Part shown: positions 42,191-60,962 of the stretch, piece after piece
How positions within the stretch are numbered: position 1 is the stretch's first letter
How the letters are laid out: each line of letters begins with the position of its first letter
NCBI GenBank assembly: GCA_050613775.1
Contig: JBODTK010000015.1
Span: 124,001 to 188,000, forward strand
DNA: 64,000 nucleotides
Direction of reading: 5' to 3'
From: Neocallimastix sp. 'constans'
Lineage: Eukaryota
The notes under the pieces: model-generated
Seen by the model: the letters and a program-made list of their open reading frames with translations, nothing else
Databases searched by the model: none
What the model was told of the DNA's origin: nothing
Position numbers and translations under genes: made by a program

Positions 42191-42279
42191 TTCCCATTCC
42201 CCCTTTATTATATAATATGACTAAAAAAGACACCATACTAGCTGTGGGCCTGAAAGGGTTGCATTAATATTGTAATTTA

Positions 42280-42753
42280 ATATATTTACAAGGGAATTAC
42301 TAGCATTTGAGTGCGTGATTTCATGTGTCCATGTACATACATATTTTACTTGTGATGTAGGATATATTCTACTAAATTATAATCTTTCTGACGTTTAGAT
42401 ACATATTCTACTTGTGATGTAGAATATATTCAACTAAATTGTAATCTTTCTGACGTTTAGTTTAGTACTAATCTCTATAGGTTAGGTTACATTGTCCTCA
42501 CTTCAAAGGGAAGTTAAGAACTGGAGAAGCACTCCAAGAAAGTATACTTCAAAAATTCTCAGGAATAATGATAGGCATGGCAGAGCCACGATGCTGAACA
42601 CTCGGTAGGGTCGTCCAGTAGGGACAATCATGCCTCTATGGAAGTGTGCAACTATCTCATTATTCCCACAACACCAGAGAGGGGGGTGGGGCTGAATCCA
42701 AAGGTGGTTCATGTCGGAAATGAAATAAATAAAAAAAATAATTAAAATTAATA

Positions 42754-42792
<39 letters not shown>

Positions 42793-43664
42793 GTGCTTCT
42801 CTAATGTAACCTAACCCATAGAGATTCGTTACTAGTTCCCTTGGCAAATTCATAGTAGTAAGAAATATTACAATTTAGTAGAGTATATCTACACAGACAA
42901 ATGAAATCATATACCAAAATGCTAATAATTTCCCTCTTAAATATAATATATATAAAGGGAAATACTTAATTTTAATCCTAACCACCATATTCCTTAAAAA
43001 ACCTCGTGTTAAGAAAACCAGGAAAATGGTCATAAGGCTGGACCAAACCAGGAGTATTATATATGCTAGTCCACGGACTAACAATCAGGATAGAACCTAG
43101 TTCAATTTTTCATGTAAAAGGTTAAGTTTACTATGAAATAAAAATAACAATGTATGAAGAAAGGCTAAGATAATTCAATACTTCCCTATTCAAGTTACCC
43201 CCATGAAAAACTTTTATATATTATTTTTAAATAATTATTGCTAAAACTACATTTAAAGAATATAAAGCAAAGCTATTAAACTCCATTCATTAGTAGCAAG
43301 CCAAGTTTGCACTAGATATTTATATTTATTTATTTATATAATTAATTTTTATTTATTAATAAAATATTTTTAATACTTCAATTTACCTTTAATAGTGAGG
43401 CTAATGCGTTTGTAGATTCAGTCACAGAGATTATTTATACATGCTACCTATTTTTTATGATTGGATAAATATTTAATTTATATAAAACTCACTAATCAGT
43501 CAATTATAAAGCTATCTAAATATAAATTAGTTTAATTAAATATCTAAATACAGAAATTTAATGATATAACATAATAAAATAAATGTACAATTATTGTACA
43601 AAACTAATTAAAGATGCTATGCAATTCACAAAGAAATTGCTAACTGTTTTAGAGATATATTACA
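42280..43664. repeat. Two diverged LTR-like copies in inverted orientation (about 42280-42491 minus; from 42805 plus, possibly to 43664)
   Basis: Both start TGTAACCTAACC.ATAGAGATT and share ATGAAATCA, AAATGCTA.TAATT. The minus copy is preceded by PPT-like GAAGTGAGGACAA. Confidence 0.6.
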
Positions 43665-44320
43665 TATTGTAACGAATCTTAAAAAATTAGAAATTAGAAT
43701 GCTGGCATAGTGGTTAGTCACTATGACCTCAGCCTGAACCACTAGGGTTTGACTCACACCTTTATTAAAATTTTATATCATTTAAATTTTAAAGAATTTT
43801 TATACTTCATTTCTGTATTTGTTTCTGTATTTGTTTCTGTATAAATTTCTGTAAAAATTAACAAAAGAAATTCTTAGAAATTAATAGAAACAAATCAGAT
43901 AGAAATTCTATTTTAATTTATCTTTTATCATTATTTCCTTTAGATTCTTTTTAACCGAAAATAATCAATTTTTATGAAACTTTTTAATGATTTTATGGTT
44001 TTAAATTTTTATGGATTTAAATTTTGAAAAACTATAAATAGGAGTGAATTTCGCAGCCAAAAAAAAAAAAAAAATATTCTAAAAATTGTGTTTTTATTAA
44101 TTATTGAATTAATTAATAAGTAATTCGAAATATTACAATAATTAATCTTTATAATTAATATTTTTAAATTTCTTAATTAATAAAACTATATTTTAAAAAA
44201 CCAAATTACTTATTAATCAAAAAGTGCTTACCTATTGTGTTACACTCTTTAAAACACGGATATTCCAATATTCGTTACAATAAAAACACCACTAAACTAA
44301 GCACAATACCTTTGCACTTT

Positions 44321-44525
44321 TACTCTTTTTGGAACCCCGTTAAGGAATCCCATTTTCTACTACTATTTTTGGAACACCGTTAAGGAATCCCATTTACTAC
44401 TATTCTTTTTTGGAACCCCGTTAAGGAATCCCATTCTCTACTACTCTTTTTGGAACCCCGTTAAGTAATCCCATTCTCTATTACTCTTTTTGGAACCCCG
44501 TTAAGGAATCCCATTTTCTACTATT
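44321..44525 (+). repeat. Five ~40-bp tandem repeats in the chromovirus leader
   Basis: Unit TACTCTTTTTGGAACCCCGTTAAGGAATCCCATTYTCTAC. Confidence 0.93.
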
Positions 44526-44758
44526 TTTGAAACCACTTACCAAGACTATAAATTTTTCTACCAAAATTCATGCATGAATTTATAAATTCAATCGGAACCC
44601 TTGAATTTTACTATATATTAAAATTATTAATATTTTCAATAATCCATATAGCCATCCTTGAAATTAAAATTATTTATATTGAAATTAAATATTTACTTCT
44701 TCTAATAATTAATTATATTGTATATTTATTATTCAATCAAAATTAATGATTATAATAA

Positions 44759-44805
<47 letters not shown>

Positions 44806-45135
44806 AAAAAAATTAGTAATAATTAATATTTAATAATTAATATTTAATAATTAATAATAATAATTAATAATCAATAATTAGTAATAATTAATAATTAATA
44901 ATTAATAATAATAATAATCAATATTCAATAATTAGTAATAATTAATAGTAATAATCAATATTCAATAATTAGTAATAATTAATAGTAATAATCAATATTC
45001 AATAATTAGTAATAATTAATAATAATAATTAATAATTAGTAATAATCAATATTTAATAATTAATAATAATTAATAATTAATAATTAATAATTAGTAATCA
45101 ATAATTAGAATTAAAAAAAAAAAAAAAAAAAAAAA

Positions 45136-50114
<4,979 letters not shown>

Positions 50115-50182
50115 ATATAAATCATTTAATCAAAAATAAATTTTATTTCATCAAAGTACTATTAATCATTCTAACTTATGAT

Positions 50183-50215
<33 letters not shown>

Positions 50216-51045
50216 TATTTTATATTATTCAAAAACATTTATTCTAGATAGTTTTATTTTTATACTTTATTTTTAAAACTTAAAATTCATGTAATTTTTA
50301 TTATCCAATGTATTAATTAAATTATCACTCCTATAAGTATTTTAGTTATAGTTTATTATTATAAAAGTTAGAATTAGAAATAGTTTAGATTTAAAGCAAA
50401 AGATTCGTCTGGCATCCGAATCCTAGAGGAGGACCATGTAACGAATCTTAAAAAATTAGAAATTAGAATGCTGGCATAGTGGTTAGTCACTATGACCTCA
50501 GCCTGAACCACTAGGGTTCGACTCACACCTTTACTAAAATTTTATATCATTTAAATTTTAAAGAATTTTTATACTTCATTTCTGTATTTGTTTCTGTATT
50601 TGTTTCTGTATAAATTTCTGTAAAAATTAACAAAAGAAATTCTTAGAAATTAATAGAAACAAATCAGATAGAAATTCTATTTTAATTTATCTTTTATCAT
50701 TATTTCCTTTAGATTCTTTTTAACCGAAAATAAACAATTTTTATGAAACTTTTTAATGATTTTATGGTTTTAAATTTTTATGGATTTAAATTTTGAAAAA
50801 CTATAAATAGGAGTGAATTTCGCAGCCAAAAAAAAAAAAATATTCTAAAAATTGTGTTTTTATTAATTATTGAATTAATTAATAAGTAATTCGAAATATT
50901 ACAATAATTAATCTTTATAATTAATATTTTTAAATTTCTTAATTAATAAAACTATATTTTAAAAAACCAAATTACTTATTAATCAAAAAGTGCTTACCTA
51001 TTGTGTTACACTCTTTAAAACACGGATATTCCAATATTCGTTACA

Positions 51046-53312
51046 CGTATAATATATTTTAAGATCAACCTTTTTATTGTATAAAATTTCATTTGGAATT
51101 TTGGTTTGAATACTCTTATGAGGACTTATATTATATAATAAATTCGCATACTTTATTACGTAATCCCAGAATTCGGTTGACATTTTGTTCCAATGTATAG
51201 TGTTTTTACATAACTAATTATTGCATAATTAAATCTTTTAGAAATCCCATTGTTTTGGGGATTGTATAGAGGTGAATAAGTGTTAATTATACCATTTTCT
51301 TTGCAATGGTTGAGTATTCTTTTATTGTTGCATTCAGTTCCTTGATCTGTTCGGAATGATTTTATTTTATTATTAATTTGATTATTTAAATATGTAAAGA
51401 AATTTATAACAATTTTTGGGATCTCTTTTTTATTTTCTAAAAAAAAAAAATATAGCTTTTTCTTGTGAATTTATCAATAAATGTGAGTACATATGATTTT
51501 CCTGTATAAGATGGAGATATAGGACCCATCATATCTGAGTGAATAACTTCTAAAGAACAAGTAGTCTATGGGGTTTCCTTACTGTGTGGTTTCCTACTTA
51601 ATTTTTGCAATCTTGCTGTAAAAAGAAAACACCAAAATAGATTACAATAACAACACAATAAGATTTTATTTTATTAGAATTGTTTATTAAAAATATTTTT
51701 TCTTAATAATATATAATTATTAATAGTTAATAGCAATTACATTGAAAAAAAAAAAAAAAAATGTGAAAAGTATCTTCTATTTATACTTTTCCTAAATATA
51801 TTAATAATATATTATTTTATTTAAATTACATATATTTTAATATAAAACTATCCTAATGAATTTTATTAAATAATAAATTTATAAACTATAGCTAAATTTA
51901 GAAAAATATAATTATTAATTAAACTAAATACTAAGTAATTTAAATTAAGTACATTTATTATCTATTTATTATTTTAATATTATAAGTAAAATCTTTATTT
52001 ATTTTCAATTTAAAAAACAATGTTAAAAGAGTCATGATTAAATTTTGAAACTTAATTTTCACAAAATAAATTATTCATTTATTTTGTTTTAAACTTTAAT
52101 CAATTCATTCTGAGAAAATTATTGTTTTACAATAATCAATTCATTTAAATCATTGTAAAACAATAATTTTCTCAGAATTAATTTTTTTTTACAAAAATTG
52201 TTACATTAAAAATTTGTCTTGTGGCTTAAGGAATATAATTCAAAAATTTAGTTCATATGACTTATTTAACTTTATTTATTATTTTATAAATCAAAGAATA
52301 ATTTACATTTTTGAATTACACAAGAAAAATTTTTAAATTTAAAATGTGATTGGGATAATCACATCTTTACACTTGCTATCAAAGCACTTTGTTTTGATAT
52401 TATGTAATTTAAGATATTTAGTTATATCATCATTACAATGATGACCAAGTCTTCTCTGCCAAGGAATTTTAGATTGATCATTTATTTTAATAATTTCATC
52501 AGATGAAATATTATTATTACAGAATTCTGAATCAATTTTATTATTTGTAGTAATACAAATAGTATTATTTTTGTTTGCTATGAAAGTTCCAGTGGTGATT
52601 GAATGCTTTTTTATCATTTTTTTTTTTAGATTTTACTGTAAGGAATACTTTGTCTTTTCTTGTTTTTAAGTTTGCATTTTAAACCATTTTTACCAAGTTT
52701 TATTCCACTTAATAGGCTTTTATTGACAGTTTTTGAATAATAGGTATTTTCTAATATTATACTATTTCCATTTTATACTTCCTTCATAGGTTCCAATTCC
52801 ATCAAATTTGCATATTGAATCGTTTGCATCTCAATGAAATTTTCTCTTCGTTAAAGTTTGTAAGAATTTCCTTTTTGTTGGTGATATGCTCAGAAGCACC
52901 TGTATCATAAGTCCAACCAGTTTTATTATTTTGAGGTTTCTCAACTTCTGATATTGTATTTTCGGAAAGTTCATTAGGAAAATTCAAATAATGCTTTTTA
53001 ATTTTTTTGCTTTATTTCGTACTCAGTCTTAAGGCCCCTAACATCGCGGTAAAAATATATATCCCTTTTTAATATTTGTATATATTATTGCACTAGCCAT
53101 GGGGTCTTCTTTATGGGCTTGTTTGATTTTTACCTCCAGATTTTGGGTGGCTTTTGTGAATTCTTCTCTGATTTCCGGGTTTATTCTTTTCTTCGAGTTT
53201 CTTAATGAGTTCCCCAATTACATCAGAATCAACGCATTTAAGGATTTCCTTTGACTTGAGGATTTTTCCGAGGATGAATTCCCAGCTTTGGAAGTTTTTT
53301 TTTCATTAAGAC
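51046..53312 (-). pseudogene. Ty1/Copia gag-protease-integrase remnant
   Basis: NFQSWEFIL (gag), WTYDTGASEHIT (protease), WQRRLGH, VIHSDMMGP, RTDQGTE, PQNNG, FWDYVIKYAN. Confidence 0.88.
51617..52371 (-). mobile_element. Solo LTR inserted in the Copia integrase zinc finger
   Basis: TGTAAA...TTTACA with 5-bp TSD CTTGC. Confidence 0.9.
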
Positions 53313-54952
53313 TGTAAAGCTCTGTAATAAAACAGATTACAAATAACTAAATAAACACAAAAATATTTTTTAAAATAAAACACAAGAAATTCTCTTCTTT
53401 TAAAATTAGTCTTTATTAATTTTTAATAATTTAAATCTTCTTTGTTATTAACTATATAATAGTCAATAACTAATATATTGATTTAAATGATAAAAATTTA
53501 CATGTATTTATATTTTTTCATGATTATATTATAATATATTATTCCTATCTAATTTACATATATTACTATTTATTTATAAACAAAATATTTATTAATAATT
53601 TTATTAAATAGCAACTATCTAAAACTAAACAATAGTTAATTCAATAAACTTTCAACTTATTTACAACAATAATTAAATTCAATAAGAGCTCATTTTTTAT
53701 TTATTTATTAATTAAATATTATTAATACCAATGTTTATATATTTAACAATTCAAAACTATTTTTATAAAGTATTTAAACTAATTTTAACTATTTAAAACT
53801 ATTCTGAAATTAAGTTTAAAGTATTTTAAACTAACTAAACTAAATTAAATAAATTAAATTAACTAACTTAAATAAATTATTTTAGATTAAATTTATTATC
53901 CAAAATTATTTACCTAATAATTTTTCCTTTTTTGAAAAATTTACATAAATTTATAACTAATTTTCATATACATAAATCATAAATTTATGTAATTTTAATA
54001 CATCAATTAATGATTATATAATTAATTATTAAAGATTTTATTAAAATCTTTACATTTTCGCCTTTCAAGTTGAGCACTTGCGAACTAAGAGTTCAATCTC
54101 TGAAAAGGGAATGTCAATTACGAATGGTATCGATATTTATGTCTTATATATTCTACATTAAAATCTTTATCACCATTATCAACCCCATTTCGTCTATTTC
54201 TTTTAGATATACGATAATATTCTTGAATTAGTTGTCTATCATTAATTTTGATCTTCATCGATCCAAGAATCTTCAACAGAATCAAGGCCTTTCCAAGATA
54301 CGAGGAAACAATTTTTTTTTCCTCTATATGTCCTCATATCAATAATTCTTTCAGGAACCTTATCTATGGTATCGGTAGTTAACTTAATATTCTCTCTTTT
54401 TCCTATTATTTCTATTAGCAAAATTCATTTTCATAGTACGGTTCCAGTATAGATACCTGAAAAACAGGGTGACAACGCATATTACATGGTAACTTCAGTT
54501 CGTAGGCTAATGAACTAACTTTCCTCACAATTTTAAAGGGACCAAGCATTTGGTCTGCTAATTTCTTCTTTACATTCTTAGCTGTACTTCCTTTGAGTAA
54601 CCAGATTTTTTCTTTTTTACCGACTTCAAAAATCAGGTGTAGGTAATCTCTTAAGATCAGCATATTTTTTTTTATTTATAAGTTTCTTTAGCTGATTCTA
54701 AATTTTCCCTTAAAAAATTTAATATTTTCATTTATATCTTTTACCCTAACATCAGCTCTATGAGGCCTATCTAAGGATGGAATTTCTAGACTTAATTTTG
54801 GATTATATCCATAGTTTACAAAAAAAACGGTGATTGATTGATTGATTGATTGATTATTACAAAGTATTATTATAGGCGAACTCGGCGAAAGGCAGCAAGT
54901 CAACCCAATTCTTTTGTCTTTCATTTATGAAACAACGGAGATATTGTTCCAT
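53313..54952 (-). mobile_element. 3' remnant of a second chromovirus: integrase end, chromodomain, PPT and LTR (53313-54054)
   Basis: [62 protein letters not shown] then TGTAAAGAT. Confidence 0.87.
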
Positions 54953-55303
54953 TTTTTTTTTTTACTATTATGTATTAATAACTAACCTCAGATTTACAAT
55001 TAAAATAAAATTATATCTATTTATACAAGAATTGTGGCTAAATTTAGATACATGTTAATTTATTTAATTAATGTATTTTACATGATATGATTCGTATGTT
55101 CATTAATCTGATTTATATATCATAAATTTCTACTTCTAACAAAAAATTATTCAATTATATATTTATTATTTATTTATTTATTTATTTATTATTTATTTAT
55201 TTATAAGTTATTATTATTTATTTACTATTTATTATTCAATTATTATTATTTAGTATTTAATCGAGGTAAAAATGGATTTTATGAGAAATGTTCTTTTAGA
55301 ACT

Positions 55304-55680
55304 TGTTGCATTTCGGAACGTGTCATATAAACTAAAATTTAATTAGTAATTTAACGCCCCACAATTTTATTATTTTTTAAATAATAAATAATAGTAAATA
55401 AATATATAAATAAATAAAAATAGAAATATAAAGGGTGCATTTCGGAACGCGGCTTTATATGAAACGTGATGTATTTTAATAAACCGTTCATGTAAGGTTT
55501 ATTATTTATTAAAGTACTTCGTATTTTTAGAACGTGGCTTATTACTTAATTTTAATTCTTAATTTAACAACCACATTCTTATTTTTTTTAAATAATTATA
55601 AATATATATAAATAAAAATAGAAATAAATATAAATGTAAATCGTTAATTTTTTCTTTTAAACAACAGAAAAATATTATTA
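55304..55680. mobile_element. Nested fragments of the MITE family seen at 41694
   Basis: TIR-like CATTTCGGAACG at about 55309 and 55438, and GAACGTGGCTTAT at about 55530. Confidence 0.65.
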
Positions 55681-55694
55681 AATATTATTTTATT

Positions 55695-56690
55695 AAAGCA
55701 TTATTTATTAAATATTGGTATGTCACACCAAATCCTGTTTATAAAATGTCAATTTTATAAACAGAATTTGAGTATTTAAATAAATTTTATCCCATAACAA
55801 TTTCTAATACAATAGGAAAATATTGTGCATTTATTTTATTTATCATTATAGCCAATTATGATAGATTCAATAGTATTACCGTTAAATTAAGATTTTAGAA
55901 AATATTATAGGATTTTATATCCTGATTTTTGGATATTTTCGATTTTTTGGAACTTTTCTTATGTTAGGATCATGTCATGTTGGTTTTGGATCTGTCACGG
56001 TAATAAAATGTCATTTAAGAGTATTATTATTTTCGTTTAGTGTTTCATTTAATATAGTACCATATATTTGTATGTTAAACAAAGCAATACATATAAAAAA
56101 TGAATTATGGAAAAAGATTAAAAGTCATAGTTATTTTATTTTAGAAAGTGTTCTTTTAATTGATAATCTATTATATATGTTAATATTAATGAATCCTTTT
56201 ACTATTAATAAAAAGATGTCAAAAAGTGGAAAAAATTATGAGAGGTGTAGAGCAGTGGGTGGTACTAAAATATTAACTTTCTATATCATAATGGTATTTG
56301 AATCTTTAATTGGTATCATAACATTATATTTAGTATATATTAAAAGAAATGATGAACATTTAAAAAATGATTTAAAATTTTTAATAATTTCATTGAATAC
56401 AACACTTCTCTGTATAATTCTTATTATTTTAATGGATATTGCTAATATTAATGATAATGTCACTAAATTTATTCTATTTGAAGCATTTTTATACTCTTTT
56501 TTCAATTTCAAATCATTTCATCTTTTTTATTGTAAGACCAATTTGACTATATAATAGAAAAGTTGATGAAGATCAAGAATATATGAAAGCTTTCTGGGCA
56601 AGTGCAATAATTGTTTTGAATAGTAGTAATCAAAAATCAAATTCAAAAAAATATCTAACTCACAGAATGTTTAGATTTCTATAATAAAAA
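55695..56690 (+). pseudogene. Partial inverted pseudogene copy of the last exon of the SBP-7TM receptor
   Basis: ALFIKYW..PNPVYKMSIL, then a deletion, then DFWIFS, VTVIKCHLRV, SGKNYERC; frameshifts; 5' exons absent. Confidence 0.85.
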
Positions 56691-57026
56691 AATCAGTCTC
56701 ATACAAATATAATAATAAATCCTTAAAACTAATACTTATTTAATTAAGTAAATTTTAATAAATACCTTTAAAATTTAAAAATGGAAACAATAAAATTTAT
56801 TGAAGTAGTAATAAATTAATATAATTTTATTGTTGTAATAAAATAATATAATTATATATTAGTAATAAAATATTTTATTATTTAATATTTATATTTATCA
56901 TTCATTATATATTTATTATTTATTTATTTATTTATTTTTTATTTATTAATATTATTTTTTATTTATTAATATTATTTATTATTTATTTATTTATTATTTA
57001 GTATTTAAATTAATTTATTATAGATT

Positions 57027-57061
<35 letters not shown>

Positions 57062-57574
57062 AATTAGTTTATTGGATATCCAAAGATTTTAAAATTTATA
57101 TTTCCTTTATAATGAAATAAAAAAGAATCTTGAACACCATGAAAATAATAATATAAAAAATATTAATATTAAATAATAATACATAAATATAAATAAAATT
57201 GAATTAAATAATAATATTAAATAATAAATAAACTATTATATAAAGATATAATCGAGTTAACGTTAATATTATTCATAATATGTAATAAAATAAAGAAAAA
57301 AAAAAAAATTTTTTTTTTTTGTATAATTTAGATATAAATTATTAATATAGTTTAATATAAGAAATATTATTATTTAATATTATATACATATACATTTATA
57401 TTATTACTTTTAATTACTATTATAAAACCTATTATTATTACTATTATTATTATTATTTTAAAAGTTAATTTTTCAAAGTGGTATTTGATAAAGTATTATT
57501 TTATTTTACTTTCTCTTCTTCTTCTTCTTCTTCTTCTTCTTATTTTTTTTTTTTTTTTTTAAATTAAAGTAGAA

Positions 57575-60500
57575 TTAATTATCAGTAGTATTGACTTTTA
57601 TACTAGTATAGGATTGACTATTTACTCGAGAATTTACTTTAGAATTAGACATAGCAACTGGTTTATGATTCAATAGATTCTGTGAATTAGCATTAGTAGA
57701 AAATTTAGAATAAATAGGTGATTTAGAATTCATTTTTTGATTATTACTTCCATTAATACAAGAGAATGTATTGGAACGGAAAGCTTTCAAATATTCAAGT
57801 TCTTCATCTATTTTTTTATAACGTAACCATAATGGTCTTATAATGAAAAAGATGAAATGATTTGATATTGAAAAAAGAATATAAAATACTTCAAAGAGAA
57901 TAAATTGTTTATTATAGTCATTAATATTAACGGTATCTACTATAAAAATCATGATTAGACTGAGAAGAACGGTGTATAATGAAATTACTAAAAACCTCGA
58001 TTCTTTTTTTAAATACATGTCATTTCTTTTGATGAAAGCTAACCATTGTGCTATTACTATAATTAATGTTTCTAATATCATTAAGAGATAGAAACAGAAC
58101 CTATTAAGTCCGCTCCTTGATTTACATCGGTTGTAATTTTTCCCATTTTTAATGAATATTTTATCGATAGTAAAGGGTTCCCTTAATATAAACATATATA
58201 ATATATTATTGATTAGGAGAACACCCATTATCACAAAATAACTTTGCTTTTTAATTGCTTGCCACAGTATATCTTTTTTATGAATGGATTTATTGAACAT
58301 GCAAATGATAGGCATTAAATTGAATGAAAGACCAAAAGAAAAGAAAAATACTCTTAAATGACACTTTATTACAGTGACAGGTCCATAACCAACAAAACAT
58401 AATCCAAACATAAGAAAAGTTCCAAAAATAGAATATATCCAGAAATCAAGGTATAAAACTTTGTAATATTTTCTTAAATTTGGAATGAATGGTAATGCTA
58501 ATGAAACAACTAAAATTACTGCAATGATGCCTAAAATAAACCCAAAAGCTTTTCCTATTGAATCAGAAAATGATATGGAATAAAATTTATTTAAATTGTC
58601 AAATTCATTTAATGCTTCTATGATGGGTTTATCTCCATATAAATATTCGTAGATGAAGGATCTGAATTCTTTGGAATAGTCATCATATGGATAATCCGGT
58701 GGAAATTTTCTTGATACAAATTGAATACTTTTCATAAATTTGCAGTCAACGACTTTACATATATCATCATCATCATATAAACTTGGAATGGTAGAATATT
58801 CCAGAGTTTCTAAAGTAATATTTTTTCTAAATTCTCTTGATGTAACATATTGTAGTATTTTAACTGATGCATTTATTTTTTTATCTCCTATATCATTACC
58901 AATTCCTACACTTTGACCTCCTATGGTTGAACCTGAAATTCCCTTTTTAATTCCAGGTAAAATCGACATTTTATAAACAGGATTGGGTATGACATTCCAA
59001 TATTTAATAAATAATGCTTTTCCATCATTTAATTTTCCAAGTGTATATAACGTCCCTTGTTGAAATTGTTCATCTTTTAAAATATATAATATTTAAATAT
59101 TTATTATATTATATTATAATATATTATATTATTATATTATATTATATTGTATTGTATTATATTATATATATATTAAATATGATAAAAATTAAATAATAAA
59201 ATAGATTTAGTATATGCTTTATTATTAATTTTATTTTATTTTATCTTTTTTTTTTTTTTTTTTTTTTTTTTAGTTTTATACTAATAAATATTTTCTAATA
59301 TTTAAAATAAATTGATTTAAATATTAAATAAAAATAAAAATTAAAAATAAAATAGATAAATAAAGAAGATAAATAAATGAAATGAAATAAAGTATAATAT
59401 ATATATTTATGAATATATAAAATAAAAAAAAATTATATAATATATATTCAAAAATATATTTTACTTGATGCTATTTTTTCTTTCATATATTTTAATTTTT
59501 CTAATGCGTTAATCACAGTCTCATTAACAAACGACGGAAAAGGTGAATTAACTGAATCTCTAAAGGAATATATATATTCAAATAATGAAACAGTTCCTGT
59601 ATCAGTATCTATATATTATTTATATATATATATATTTTGTTATTTAGATTAATATTTATACTTATATTATTTAATTATTTATTTTTTATTTTTTCTTTTT
59701 TTTTAATATTTTATTAAAAAAAAAAACAAAAACTATATCTATATCTATGTCTCTCTCTATATCTATATCTATCTATATCTATATCTATATCTATATTTAT
59801 ATCTATATCTCTCTCTCTATATCTATATCTCTCTCTCTATATCTATATCTCTCTCTCTATATCTATATCTATCTATATCTATATCTATGTCTTTCTCTAT
59901 CTTTATATCTATATCTATACTATGATATTATGATAATATTATTACTGTTGACAGTTTAACAAAAAATTAAACTTACCATCATATAAACCATTAAATGAAA
60001 TTAAGTCCTTATCATTATCTTTTTCCCTATCCATGATATATATACTGGTTTCAATTAATTCATCCCATGTTTCTGGGATTGCTTTATCATATTTTTCTAA
60101 AAGATCCATATTACAATATAAAACATCATAACTTATTTTTATTGGCTTATTTTTTTTTTTTTTATGTAATTTTTTATAAAATAGTCATTTTAAATTATTT
60201 TTTTTATAAATTGTTAATTATTATATGTGTATATATATAATTCTTTTAAGATTTTTAAATATATAAATAAATAAATAAATAAATAAATATATATATATAT
60301 ATATAATAAATATAAAATATTTACTAATGAAACCCATTTATCATTAAAAACACAGAGTTGAGGAGTAATTCCTTCAGAATATATATCTATATGTTCTTTT
60401 GGTAAATATTCCTGCAAATTTATAAAATAAGGTCCAAATCGACTATTGTATATATATTCAAAAAAATACATGTCATATTTTCTTTTTTTGCTTTTTAAGA

Positions 60501-60962
60501 GTTTCTCCAACATTAAGCCATAATCTCTTACTTCCGCTGATGCATTATAGGGTGTAAATAAATTTAAGACTAAGGTGATATTTAAATTATTTTCTTTGGA
60601 ATATTTATTAAATTTATCAACAAATACATCATAGAATGAATTTAAGGTGTACGAAAATGCTATAGCATTGATAACAATGGCATATCCATATACTTTTCAT
60701 TAATAAAAAAAAAAAGAAAAAGAAAAAGAAAAAGAAAAAAAAAGATTAATACAATTATAATTTTTTTCTTTTATCTTTATATTTTATTATATATATATAT
60801 ATATATATATATTTTTTTACTCTATATATTCATATATAATAAACGAATATATATTTATATTTATATATTTTTTATTCTATCTTTTTATAATAGATTAGTA
60901 TTTATTGTAGACATACAAATATATAATAAAATTAATATTGAAACATAAAAATATTTAACCAT
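57575..60962 (-). CDS. Extracellular solute-binding domain fused to a 7TM (class C GPCR-like) domain; exons 60962-60917, 60692-60325, 60145-59977, 59608-59465, 59073-57575; 741 aa
   Basis: Signal peptide MVKYFYVSILILLYILYGYA; SBP motifs LYCNMDLLEKY..IPETWDELI and GSTIGG..VGI; about 7 TM helices; four phase-compatible GT-AG introns. Confidence 0.88.
59733..59918. repeat. (CTATAT)n and (CT)n intronic microsatellite
   Basis: Direct observation. Confidence 0.9.

Noticed and set aside
44321..44525. CRISPR-like array
   Set aside because: The units are contiguous with no unique spacers, there are no cas genes, and the array lies in a retrotransposon leader.
50470..50530. Functional tRNA gene
   Set aside because: No convincing acceptor or anticodon stem; kept only as A/B boxes.
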